From: Verrucomicrobiia bacterium
GTDB lineage: Bacteria > Verrucomicrobiota > Verrucomicrobiia > Verrucomicrobiales > Akkermansiaceae
Direction: 5' to 3'
Assembly (NCBI GenBank): GCA_030430455.1
Contig: JAUIJB010000001.1
Location: 35,219 to 99,218, forward strand
DNA: 64,000 nt
This document shows, in pieces, positions 11,198 through 24,886 of this stretch. Within the stretch, counting starts at the first letter, position 1. Each line of letters begins with the position of its first letter. The translations under genes and the position numbers were made by a program. The notes under the pieces were generated by a model. It saw only the letters and a list, made by a program, of their open reading frames with translations. It was not told where the DNA came from and did no database searches.

Positions 11198-11992
11198 TCA
11201 AAGGACCGCCCGCCGGATGCGGCCGGGCGGGCGGGCGAGAAAGCGCTGGGCGAGCTGCTCGAACTCCTCGGACAAGTCGGTCAGGTGGATGCGCAGTTCG
11301 CCCTCGCCGGACTCGCGGGCCAGCGAGCGCTCGTCGAGCAGCCTCGCCAGGTGCTCGGCGCAGGTCGTCGCCGAGTCGACCAGCCGGACCTCGCCGGGCA
11401 GGAACGCCTCCAGCGTGGGCACCAGCAGCGGGTAGTGGGTGCAGGCCAGCAGCAGGGCGTCGATGCCCTTGCCGACCATCGGGTCGAGGTAGGTGTGCAG
11501 CGCCGCCTCGGTCGCCGGGTGCTCGAGCCAGTCCTCCTCGATCAAGGGGACCAGCAGGGGGGCGGACCGGGCGTGGATGATCAGCCCGGTGCGGCGCTGG
11601 GCCAGGGCGTGCTGGTAGGCGTGGGAACGGATCGTGCCGCGGGTGGCGATGATGCCGATCCGCTCGGTCTCGGGGTCCGCCAGGGTGGCCTCGACGCCGG
11701 GCTGGATCACCCCGATGATCGGCAGGTTGAAGCTTTCGCGCAGCGCGGGCAGGGCGTGGGCAGTCGCCGTGTTGCAGGCGATCACGATCGCCTTCACCCC
11801 GTGGGACAACAGGAAGCGCACGTCCTCCGCGGCGAACTGGCGGATCGTCTCCGGGCTCTTCGAGCCGTAGGGGACACGGGCGGTGTCGCCGAGGTAGACG
11901 ATGTCCTCGGCCGGCAGCAGGCGCTGGACGGCCCGGACGACGGTCAGCCCGCCGACGCCGGAGTCGAAGATGCCGAGGGGCGCGTCGCGCAT
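11198..11992 (-). CDS. murI: glutamate racemase
   Basis: MRDAPLGIFDSGVGGLTV, YLGDTARVPYGSKS, IACNTA and ACTHYPLL motifs. Start chosen at the internal Met (ORF opens at 12028). Confidence 0.9.
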   Translation of the reverse strand: MRDAPLGIFDSGVGGLTVVRAVQRLLPAEDIVYLGDTARVPYGSKSPETIRQFAAEDVRFLLSHGVKAIVIACNTATAHALPALRESFNLPIIGVIQPGVEATLADPETERIGIIATRGTIRSHAYQHALAQRRTGLIIHARSAPLLVPLIEEDWLEHPATEAALHTYLDPMVGKGIDALLLACTHYPLLVPTLEAFLPGEVRLVDSATTCAEHLARLLDERSLARESGEGELRIHLTDLSEEFEQLAQRFLARPPGRIRRAVL

Positions 11993-12078
11993 GGGGGGAA
12001 GTAGCGGGTAGCCGGTGGCGGGTAGCAAGGGGAAAGACCCGGTGGCGGGCTTGATCGGGCGGGGACGCGGGTTTAGGG

Positions 12079-13398
12079 ATGGGCGCGATGGGTGACTTCG
12101 ACGTGGCGATCCTCGGTGCCGGGCCCGGTGGCTGCACGCTGGCGGCCTTGCTGGCCCAGCGGGGCATGCGGGTGCTGGTCTTCGACGATGAGAAGCGGCC
12201 CGACCTGCTGGTCGGCGAGTCGCTGCTGCCCCCGGTCATCGACCTGCTGCGCCGCTTCGACCTCGAGGAGCGCACCAAAGGGTTCTCGACCTTCAAGCCG
12301 GGCGTCGCCTTCATGCACCGCGGCGGGCTGCGGCTGGACTTCTTCTTTCCCGAGAATGCCCTCGGCGACACCCCGAGCTACGCCTACAACGTCCCGCGGC
12401 GGGAGTTCGACGCGATGCTGCGCGAGCGCGCCGAGGAGCTGGGCGCGACCTTCGTCAAGCGCCGCGCCGAGGTCGAGGTGGGCGACGAGGAGGCCGAGGT
12501 CCGCCTGACGCGGAGCTGCCTCGACGCGACCCCGGAACTCGGCGGGCGGCACCCGAGGTTGCTGGTCGATGCCACCGGCCGCAGCCGCCTCTTCGCCCGC
12601 ACGCTCGATATCCCCGCCAGGCGCGGCGAGCGCAACGACGTCGCCTACTTCGCGCACTTCGAGGACTTCGATGCCGAGGAGTCCAAGCCCGGCCAGGTGG
12701 TGCTCTCGATCCTCGAGCACGGCTGGTCGTGGCGCATCCCGCTGCCCGGCCGCCTGTCGGTCGGCGTGGTCGTCGATGGCGAGGTGGCCAAGGGCCACGG
12801 CCGCACGCCGGAGGAGCGGCTCGAGTCGCTCATCGATGCCGAGCCGATCCTCGCCAGCGCCGGCAAGGGCCGCAGGCGGGTCACCGAGGTGATGGCCTAC
12901 TCGAACTACCAGCTGATCTCCGACCGCGGCCACGGCCCGGGGTGGTTGTCGATGGGCGACGCCTTCGGCTTCGTCGATCCGATGCTTTCCCCCGGCCTGT
13001 TCATGGCCATGCACATGGCCGACCTGCTCGACCGCGAGGTCTTTGCCAAGGGGGTGATCGAGGACCCCGAACGCTTCGACCGCGCGGCAAGCCGGGTCGA
13101 GGAGGAGGTGCGCGAGTGGCACGCCGCCTGGGGCGACATCATCGAGTTCTTCTACGACGGCCGCATGTACTCGCTCTACGAGGGCGGCTCGAAGTTGCGC
13201 GAGAGCGCGCCGAAGTGGGCGCCGGCGGCGATGATGGAGCGCTACCTGAGCCGCTGGATCACGCGCATCGTCTCCGGGGTCGACACCCGCAGCCGCTACG
13301 GTCGCGGGCTGGTCCGCTTCACCGCCAGGCACCTGATGCACGACGTCGAGCCGCCGGAATTCTACGCCGTGCGGGGTGCGTCGGACGATGCCGCCTGA
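12079..13398 (+). CDS. flavin-dependent halogenase-like FAD monooxygenase
   Basis: GxGxxG (ILGAGPGGC), WxWxIP motif (HGWSWRIPLPG), Lys-containing FSTFKPGVAF segment, and GDAFGFVDPMLSPG. Confidence 0.8.
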   Translation: MGAMGDFDVAILGAGPGGCTLAALLAQRGMRVLVFDDEKRPDLLVGESLLPPVIDLLRRFDLEERTKGFSTFKPGVAFMHRGGLRLDFFFPENALGDTPSYAYNVPRREFDAMLRERAEELGATFVKRRAEVEVGDEEAEVRLTRSCLDATPELGGRHPRLLVDATGRSRLFARTLDIPARRGERNDVAYFAHFEDFDAEESKPGQVVLSILEHGWSWRIPLPGRLSVGVVVDGEVAKGHGRTPEERLESLIDAEPILASAGKGRRRVTEVMAYSNYQLISDRGHGPGWLSMGDAFGFVDPMLSPGLFMAMHMADLLDREVFAKGVIEDPERFDRAASRVEEEVREWHAAWGDIIEFFYDGRMYSLYEGGSKLRESAPKWAPAAMMERYLSRWITRIVSGVDTRSRYGRGLVRFTARHLMHDVEPPEFYAVRGASDDAA

Positions 13399-13487
13399 GC
13401 GGCGGTCATGGCGGGCAAGGCGGGTCGATCGAATCGGATGCGGCCATTTCAGGTCCCCCCGGCGCCTTCGGCAGCGATGCATTGCCC

Positions 13488-13519
13488 GGATCTGCGTTGA
13501 TCGGCTTCATTTGCGGTTC
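13488..13519. repeat. solo half-copy of the REP-like element
   Basis: GGATCTGCGTTGATCGGCTTCATTTGCGGTTC resembles AGATCTGCGTTCATCTGCGGTTC at 9300-9325. Confidence 0.4.
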
Positions 13520-13571
13520 TCCCACTCCGAACCTCATCGATCCCATCCCTCCACTTCGCGGAGCTCCGGGA

Positions 13572-13895
13572 TCACTGGGCGAGCTTGAACTCGACCGCGG
13601 AGCGCCACTCGGCGGACTTGGGGTCGGGCCCGTGGCCCTGGTCGTCGCTGATGCCGAGCTTGCGGTCGATCACCCAGGCCCACTCGTCCGAGCCGACATC
13701 CGGCCCGTGGCCCTGGCCGTCGCCGGTCGGGCAGCGCTCCTCGACCCAGCGGGCCCAGGCGTCCCAGTCGTCGGGCGCCGATGCTGCCGGTGGCCCCACG
13801 GGCGGTGCCGGGGTCGCCGGCGGCGTGGCTTCACAGCCGAACAGGGCGAGGCAGCCGATCAGGAGGACGGAACGCAGGGCGGGAATGGAATCCAT
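13572..13895 (-). CDS. small lipoprotein with duplicated GQGHGPD-x4-EW motif
   Basis: MDSIPALRSVLLIGCLALFGC lipobox. Internal duplication GDGQGHGPDVGSDEWAW / DDQGHGPDPKSAEWRS. Only the 3' third of ORF 13572..14411 is used. Confidence 0.6.
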   Translation of the reverse strand: MDSIPALRSVLLIGCLALFGCEATPPATPAPPVGPPAASAPDDWDAWARWVEERCPTGDGQGHGPDVGSDEWAWVIDRKLGISDDQGHGPDPKSAEWRSAVEFKLAQ

Positions 13896-14049
13896 GCCAG
13901 CCAGCATCGATGGGACGAGGCACGGGGTCGAGGAAATGTCGGGCATCGATTCCAGGGCATCATTTCCAGGGCATCGATTCCAAAACGGCTGCCGGATCCC
14001 ACGGGTGAAACCCTCGACCCGCGGGGTGGCCGGGCTATGCTGCACCCCG

Positions 14050-14607
14050 ATGTGGGACACGATCTGGAACGCCGTCACCGGCTGGCAGTACTGGGACGAA
14101 CTCGGCGCGACCGGCGTCTGGATCGCGACGATCTGCCTGCTGATCGTCGGCCTGGCCGGCTGCGTGGTCCCGGTGATCCCCGGCCACCTGGTGATCGTGA
14201 TGGGCGCGGTCTCGCACTGGTTTTTCTTCGAGCAGGTGCTCGGCAGGGAGTCCGGGATCGAGTGGTGGACCTTCGCGGTGCTGGTCGCGCTGCTGGCCGC
14301 CTCGCAGACCTTCGAGTTCGTCAGCGGAGCGGCGGGGGCGAAGTGGTTCGGCGGCACCAAGTGGGGCTCGGCCGGGGCGCTGGTCGGCGGAATCGTCGGG
14401 ATGTTCTTCATGCCCTTCGGCCTGATCCTCGGCCCCCTGCTCGGCGCCTACGCCTTCGAGGCCTGGTTCGCCAAGCAGGAGACCAAGCCGGCGATGGTCT
14501 CCGGCGTCGGCTCCGCCGTCGGCACGATGGCCGGGATCGTGGTCAAGATCATCGTCGGCGTGCTGATGGCCGGCTGGCTGCTGGCCGACATCTGGTGGAT
14601 CGGCTGA
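14050..14607 (+). CDS. DUF456-family integral membrane protein
   Basis: Start at MWDTIW. Four hydrophobic spans with PVIPGHLV and GAAGAKWFGGTKWG motifs. The upstream part of ORF 13585..14607 is antisense to the lipoprotein gene. Confidence 0.75.
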   Translation: MWDTIWNAVTGWQYWDELGATGVWIATICLLIVGLAGCVVPVIPGHLVIVMGAVSHWFFFEQVLGRESGIEWWTFAVLVALLAASQTFEFVSGAAGAKWFGGTKWGSAGALVGGIVGMFFMPFGLILGPLLGAYAFEAWFAKQETKPAMVSGVGSAVGTMAGIVVKIIVGVLMAGWLLADIWWIG

Positions 14608-14793
14608 ATCCGCGAATCCTCCCCGTCCGTCGTTCCCGTCTCTCGTCCTCGACGCACCTCCCCTTGCCTTCGAGAGACCAGCAGAAACGGATCCCATCCA
14701 TCACATCCATCCTGGTCCCGGAATCCATTCCAGGCGCCCCCAACTCCCCCGAGGATTTGGCTTTCCTCCCCGTGATTCCCGCCTAACTTGCCC

Positions 14794-15222
14794 GTCCGCT
14801 CCCCGGGCGATCGCTGGTCGGCTTTTCGAGGCCGGCCAGAGGAAAGTCCGGACACCGGAGGGCAACGTGCCTTGCGAAAGCGAGGGACGGCGGCTTCAAG
14901 GTCGCCGGACGGAAAGTGCCGCAGAAAACAAACCGCCCGTCTGAACCAGGGCGCGGAGGGCTCGCCCTTCGTAGGCCTGATGAAGATGGGTAAGGGTGAA
15001 AAGGTGGGGTAAGAGCCCACCGCACCGAGGGCAACCGAGGTGGCAGGGCAAACCCCGCGTGGTGCAAGACAGAACAGGGGAAGGGCTGCCCGTCCGTCGA
15101 ATCCCCGGGTATTAGTCGCCGTCCCGGCTTGCCGGGGCTCCCGCTCCGGCGGGAAGAGAAATGATCGTCGAATCCCGCAAAGGGCGGGAGGAACAGAATC
15201 CGGCTTACAGGGGAGCGGCCGC
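14794..15222 (+). ncRNA. rnpB: RNase P RNA, bacterial type A
   Basis: Conserved AGAGGAAAGTCCGGAC, GGTAAGGGTGAAAAGGTGGGGTAAGAGCCCACCG and ACAGAATCCGGCTTAC blocks. P1 pairing CCGCTCCCC (14796-14804) with GGGGAGCGG (15210-15218). Confidence 0.88.
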
Positions 15223-15236
15223 CCTTCTGGGGGGCG

Positions 15237-15270
15237 ACTGATGACGCCCCGAAATCGTCATCAGTTCTTC
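15237..15270 (+). terminator. hairpin downstream of rnpB
   Basis: Perfect 10-bp stem ACTGATGACG/CGTCATCAGT with a 9-nt loop, followed by TCTTCC (weak U tract). Confidence 0.4.
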
Positions 15271-15288
15271 CGTGCCTAAGGCACCTTG

Positions 15289-15493
15289 GAGTGCGGCGGC
15301 TTGACGCCGCTTTCGTGTCGTCCGGGGTCGCTGCCAGTTGGTTGGGTGGCGGACGGGGGAGGGGCTTGCAGCTTCTTGGGAAGAAGCCGCGACCGAGTCG
15401 GAGCTCCGAGCGATCGTCGTGGCGGTGCGTTGCCTGCCCGTTTCAGAGCATTCCCGGAACGACTCGCGAAAGCGGCGTCAAGCCGCTGCACTC
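15289..15493. mobile_element. MITE-like element bounded by 27-nt inverted repeats
   Basis: GAGTGCGGCGGCTTGACGCCGCTTTCG (15289-15315) versus CGAAAGCGGCGTCAAGCCGCTGCACTC (15467-15493), with 26/27 complementary. Each arm is itself a GCGGCG...CGCCGC hairpin. Confidence 0.6.
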
Positions 15494-15519
15494 GAGGGGT
15501 CCTGTCGGACCAGGAGCCA

Positions 15520-16317
15520 TCACTCGCCGGACAACAAGCGCCTTGTCTCTGCCGGCCGGTTGGTGGTGATGAAGTCGACGCCGAGAGCCTTCATGCGGCG
15601 GACGTCGCCGGCCTCGTCGACGGTCCACGCCGCGATCTTGTAGCCCTCGTCCTGGAGCCCGTCGATCCACGCCGGCTTGACCCGCGCGCTGTGCTTGAAC
15701 TGGAGCCCGGCGACGTCGAGCTCGCCGAGCCTCCGCCGCTCGCGCTTGGCGACGCTCGCCCAGTGGATCCGCTTGAGCTTGGAGACCAGGTGGACGTCGA
15801 CTCCGGGCATCGCCTTCCTCGCGGCGGCCACGGTTTGCTGGTTGAAGGAGAGCAGGACGATCCGCTTCGGATCCGCCCCGGCGAGGACCCGCGCCAGGGG
15901 TGGGATGATCTCGGGGCCGCACTTGATCTCGATGAAGAACCACTTGCCGGCGGGCAGCCGTGCGAGCAGGTCGGTTAGCAGCGGGATGCGTTCGCCGGCG
16001 AACTCCGGGCCCTTCCAGGAGCCGACGTCGAGCTGCGCCAACTCGTCCCAGGTGCTGCGGGCGACGACCCGCTTGCGCGACGCCACCCGGCCGGTGTGCT
16101 CGTCATGGATGCAGACGATCCGGCCGTCGGCGGTCAGGCGGAAGTCGCCCTCGATGCCGTCGGCGCCCTGCTTCCAGGCCAGCTCGAAGGCGGCCCGGGT
16201 GTTCTCCGGCGCGGCGTGGGAGGCCCCGCGGTGGGCAATGACCTCGGGGGTTGCCGCAGCCGATCCGACTTGCAGGATGGCCAGTGCCAGGCAGAGGGTG
16301 GGTTGCAGTCCGGACAT
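15520..16317 (-). CDS. glycerophosphodiester phosphodiesterase, secreted
   Basis: Start at MSGLQPTLCLALAIL signal. HRGASHAAPENT and GADGIEGDFRLTADGRIVCIHD motifs. Confidence 0.85.
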   Translation of the reverse strand: MSGLQPTLCLALAILQVGSAAATPEVIAHRGASHAAPENTRAAFELAWKQGADGIEGDFRLTADGRIVCIHDEHTGRVASRKRVVARSTWDELAQLDVGSWKGPEFAGERIPLLTDLLARLPAGKWFFIEIKCGPEIIPPLARVLAGADPKRIVLLSFNQQTVAAARKAMPGVDVHLVSKLKRIHWASVAKRERRRLGELDVAGLQFKHSARVKPAWIDGLQDEGYKIAAWTVDEAGDVRRMKALGVDFITTNRPAETRRLLSGE

Positions 16318-16372
16318 GCTGAATGATTCGAGTCGATCGCACGTATCCTCAGGGCGCGTGAACCCAAGTCCA

Positions 16373-17812
<1,440 letters not shown>

Positions 17813-17885
17813 GCGGGGCGCCGATGGAGGTTGCGGCGAAAAGGCCTGCGCTGGTTCTTCGAGCGGTGGTGGGCAGGCGGGCGCG

Positions 17886-18102
17886 TATGGGCTGGCAGGC
17901 GAGTAAAAAGTAGAAAGTAAAAAGTGGTTCGAGGCGGGGGGTGGAGGGGGTTTGCAGCCGGGTGAGCTGCGGGGGTGGCGATGCGCTTGGTGTCGCCGGA
18001 GGTCATCTCAAGCGCATCCACCATCTGCCATCTACCATCGCCGGCCGGGCGGCCGGGCGGCCGGTGGGTGACGATGGGATCGGAGCGCCGACTTCAGTCG
18101 GC
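17886..18102. repeat. modular hairpin repeat array, locus B (partial M1 ... M2)
   Basis: TATGGGCTGGCAGGCGAGTAAAAAGTAGAAAGTAAAAAGTGG at 17886-17927 and M2 at 18082-18102. Confidence 0.7.
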
Positions 18103-18253
18103 CTTGAGGTGTGGAGGCGGGGTGCTTGGGGGGATTCGGGCGCGACTGGGGTCGCGCGGTCCGCTCGGCACCGCCTCAAGTCTGGCGTCTGTTGTCTTCC
18201 CGTCTGTCGTCTCCGAGGGAGACCGTCGCTCCTTTCCCTGGCTGCGGGTGAAG

Positions 18254-18290
18254 AGAAGAAGCCGGACGGTTTCCCGTCCGGCTTCTTTTG
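18254..18290. terminator. bidirectional rho-independent terminator (after groEL on the minus strand)
   Basis: GAAGAAGCCGGACGG-TTTC-CCGTCCGGCTTCTT stem-loop with T-rich runs on both strands. Confidence 0.75.
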
Positions 18291-18294
18291 ATTG

Positions 18295-18345
18295 GGCTTG
18301 GCGGCTGGAAGCCGCCGCTCCGGGTCATGGCGCTCGCAGAGCGCC
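18295..18345. repeat. hairpin modules M4 (GGCGGCTGGAAGCCGCC) and GGCGCTCGCAGAGCGCC
   Basis: M4 GGCTTGGCGGCTGGAAGCCGCCGC is identical at 36819-36842. Confidence 0.65.
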
Positions 18346-18351
18346 ACTCCG

Positions 18352-20324
<1,973 letters not shown>

Positions 20325-20415
20325 GTTGTGCTTTCTTGGTTTGTTGGTTCGGTTGGTTTCGAAACGTGGCGCGGCGACCCGCATCCGCGGGCCGGGCGCC
20401 ACCGTTTGATCTGTG

Positions 20416-22380
<1,965 letters not shown>

Positions 22381-22722
22381 TCAAATGTGGGATTGGGATC
22401 GGATGGCTCAGGCCGCCGGGCGGCCGCGTTTGGCTGGGAACCATTTCGCATGGGCTGTGCCAACGGGCCTTGAGCGATCCACAAGTAACTGAATATCAGC
22501 GGTAAACAGAATTTGGTCCAATTGGGGATCGCGCTCGGTGGGGGCGATTGAGGGACATCCTGTCGCACCTCGCCGTCCCGCCGGGGACAGCTTGTCCCGC
22601 TGCCGGCGCTCCGTTGGGCGATCGCCGGGGTGGGGGAGGCGCTTGGCGGCTCCCCGCCCGGCCCGGCAAAAACGCATTGCCAAGCCGGGGGGCGGTTCCT
22701 AGGGTCCGCGCTCCCAAGGAAA

Positions 22723-22812
22723 GGGCAGGTGCCAGAGTGGTCGAATGGGCTCGCCTGGAAAGCGTGTGTGCTGGAAACAGTACCGAGGGTTCGAATCCCT
22801 CCCTGTCCGCCA
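22723..22812 (+). tRNA. tRNA-Ser (anticodon GGA), class II with long variable arm, CCA encoded
   Basis: Acceptor GGGCAGG/CCTGTCC (one G-U pair). D stem CCA/TGG. Anticodon loop CTGGAAA. Variable arm CTG-GAAA-CAG. T arm GAGGG-TTCGAAT-CCCTC. One T-T mismatch in the anticodon stem. Confidence 0.82.
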
Positions 22813-23094
22813 TTTTTCGCCCGAGGAGGGCGAAAAATGCCCGCCGGAGCCTTGGCGAAGGAGGGTGGGCCCGCCTTGCCGCTGAAGTCCATCCGGGAAT
22901 GGATGGCGTCGGCCTCAGGCGCGGCCCCCGAGCGAAGCCGGGCAGGGGGGGTGATGGCTATCGGGGGGGGGCCGTCCCTCCCCGGAGCCCGCGGATGCGG
23001 GAGGGGGTTTGAGTGCAGCAAGCCGTCCTTGACGGCGGCGTGGTTCGGCGAGCGTAAGCGAGCGCGACTGGCATGGCCGGAGCGAAGCGGAGGC

Positions 23095-23126
23095 AATCCC
23101 TCCCTGTCCGCTATCTTTCGCCCGAG
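23095..23126 (+). repeat. direct repeat of the tRNA-Ser 3' end plus flank (att-like)
   Basis: AATCCCTCCCTGTCCGCTATCTTTCGCCCGAG versus 22794-22825 AATCCCTCCCTGTCCGCCATTTTTCGCCCGAG; 30/32 identical. Confidence 0.8.
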
Positions 23127-23155
23127 TTGCGCTGCCCCATGGTTTGGAGCAGCGG

Positions 23156-23377
23156 CTAATCTGATGTGATCAAGCTTTGGCTGGGTTTTACCTCATTGCC
23201 GGCGGAGGGAGGCGCAGCCGACCGGAGACGGTAATGAACGGCGAACTGCTCGGGGGTTTGTTTGTTCAGCGATCGGTGGCGATGGATCGTGTTGCCAATG
23301 CAGCGCCACTTCTCGGCATGGCGCCGAAGCTCTTCGAGATCCTCGAAGCAGTGGACGTCAAGTAGGGTTTGACCCAA
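23156..23377 (-). pseudogene. C-terminal fragment of an IS3-type (rve integrase) transposase
   Basis: ...FEDLEELRRHAEKWRCIGNTIHRHRSLNKQTPEQF matches the conserved rve-domain tail (W..YN..RPH.sL...TP..F). No catalytic region lies upstream. Confidence 0.6.
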
Positions 23378-23448
23378 CGCTTTATGCTGCCTGTAGAGGC
23401 CTCACGTTCGGGCAAGCGACTCGCTGCCTCTGGCTCAAGGGGCGCCGT

Positions 23449-24006
23449 TCAGCGGTTCCCGTTCGCGGATCCCGGCGTCGGCTGGCAGCACCGGCAGCGG
23501 CAGAGATTTCCGATGTGGCCGGTGACCAGGAGGAGCCCGCCGAGGGTGGTAAGGATGCTGGCGGCGGGGATTTGGAGATGTCGCTTGCCTTCTTCGTCCA
23601 CCTGCAGCGAGGGGCAGCAGGAGTCCGCGCAAGCGGCAGCCGCCGTGGCGGGTTCAGGGACGAGGGACGGGGCGGCGGCCCCGAGCAGCACGAAGGCGAT
23701 GCCGCCGATACCGGCGGCCACGACCCATTTCCGGCGGTGCCGGGCGAAGCCCCGGGCCAACATCCATGCCGCGAGCGGGACGACGAAGAGGGCCGCGGCC
23801 CAGTGTGCGGCGGGATGGGCCCACACCCTTCCGAAACCCGGCAGCACGAGGAGAAGAACCGGCGTGAGCGCGCAGTGGATGGCGCACAGGACGGAGGCGA
23901 CGATTCCGATCCGGTCGCCCCGCTTCGAGGGGCTGCTGGAGTCGATGCTACGTCCCAGCGCGCCGGTGGCGGGCAGGTTCGAGGAGTCGAAAGAGGGAGA
24001 AATCAT
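23449..24006 (-). CDS. MerC-domain membrane protein with Cys-rich C-terminus
   Basis: Start at MISPSF. IVASVLCAIHCALTPVLLLVLP is a MerC-type first helix. Four TM spans. CADSCCPSLQ and NLCRCRCCQ clusters. Confidence 0.65.
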   Translation of the reverse strand: MISPSFDSSNLPATGALGRSIDSSSPSKRGDRIGIVASVLCAIHCALTPVLLLVLPGFGRVWAHPAAHWAAALFVVPLAAWMLARGFARHRRKWVVAAGIGGIAFVLLGAAAPSLVPEPATAAAACADSCCPSLQVDEEGKRHLQIPAASILTTLGGLLLVTGHIGNLCRCRCCQPTPGSANGNR

Positions 24007-24068
24007 GCCGTCGAAGGGTCGTGCTGATGACGCGGGATGTGGGTTTTCATGGACCGAGGGAAGGCGGA

Positions 24069-24659
24069 TCACGCGCGGAAATGGCGGACACGCGGGGTCG
24101 CCGTCGGATCGCCACGATAGATTCCGAGCCACTTCATGGCATCGACGGGAGGAAGGGCGGAGCGAGACCGGGGGAGGCGACGATAGCTGCGGAAGCAGCG
24201 CTCACGATACGCCCCCCCCTGGGCGCGCTGGACGTCCTCTTCGTAGTGGATCCACCAGTCGAGGAAGGGCCGCGCACGCTTGTGGGCCTGGCCGGGATGG
24301 AGCCGCTTCAGGCGCTCCGATTCCCAGCGACCGGGGACCGGGGGCTGCCCGCCGGACCAGTGGTAGCAGCGGTCGAGCGGGCGGATGAAGACGAAGCCGC
24401 CGGAGTCGGCATACCAGCCCACGCAGGCGCCATGGAGCTCGATCCGCCCGCCTTGCCAGCTCATCGAGTAGCAGCTCGAGCCCTGGAGACCCGCGGAGCG
24501 CCGTTTCTCCAGCCCGTTGGCGATCAGGAGGTTTCCCGACGGATGGCTGACATCCCGTCCCCAGAAATACATCTGCTGACGAAGGACGGCCACCAAGTCC
24601 CGCAGCTGGCCGGTTTGGGGAGAGCCGGGAGTCGAGGGCGAATGCGACGCTCTGGGCAT
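24069..24659 (-). CDS. hypothetical Trp/Arg-rich protein, no recognisable domain
   Basis: 196-aa ORF with GC3-rich codon usage on the same strand as the helicases. An AT-rich tract with TTGACT lies upstream. Confidence 0.5.
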   Translation of the reverse strand: MPRASHSPSTPGSPQTGQLRDLVAVLRQQMYFWGRDVSHPSGNLLIANGLEKRRSAGLQGSSCYSMSWQGGRIELHGACVGWYADSGGFVFIRPLDRCYHWSGGQPPVPGRWESERLKRLHPGQAHKRARPFLDWWIHYEEDVQRAQGGAYRERCFRSYRRLPRSRSALPPVDAMKWLGIYRGDPTATPRVRHFRA

Positions 24660-24886
24660 GAAGCGAACTAGAGCCTCTCGGCAAAAAACGCAAAAAAATT
24701 ACAAAGTCAAATGGAGTGCATGTGCTTCGCCTGCTCCCCGTGCATCACCCCTTGAGAATGCTCGATTCACGCGACGGGATCGCCCTGTTCGCCCTTCATT
24801 CTCCGGCGCGCCGATCCATCAACTCGGGTTCGCCGAAGCACCCGTGGCTGAGCCTTTCTCGGGGGCTGAGGGCCGATGATGGTGCT

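Noticed and set aside
11031-12371. 446-aa minus-strand ORF overlapping murI in another frame
   Set aside because: It is Pro/Arg/Ala-rich and shares the strand and region with the true murI frame, which has all the racemase motifs.
13585-14049. N-terminal 155-aa extension of the DUF456 ORF (ORF 13585..14607)
   Set aside because: It overlaps the lipoprotein gene on the opposite strand. It is Ser/Pro/Gly/Arg-rich without TM or signal features. The membrane-protein homology starts at MWDTIW (14050).
20325-20415. CIRCE/HrcA operator upstream of groES (the region upstream of dnaK, 22372-22560, was also checked)
   Set aside because: No TTAGCACTC…GAGTGCTAA-like inverted repeat is visible. Only a GC-rich imperfect hairpin is present.
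22813-22837. Hairpin TTTTTCGCCC-GAGGA-GGGCGAAAAA right after tRNA-Ser as an independent terminator feature
   Set aside because: It is plausible as a tRNA 3' hairpin, but there is no downstream U tract on the plus strand. Its 5' half is part of the att-like direct repeat, so it is not scored separately.
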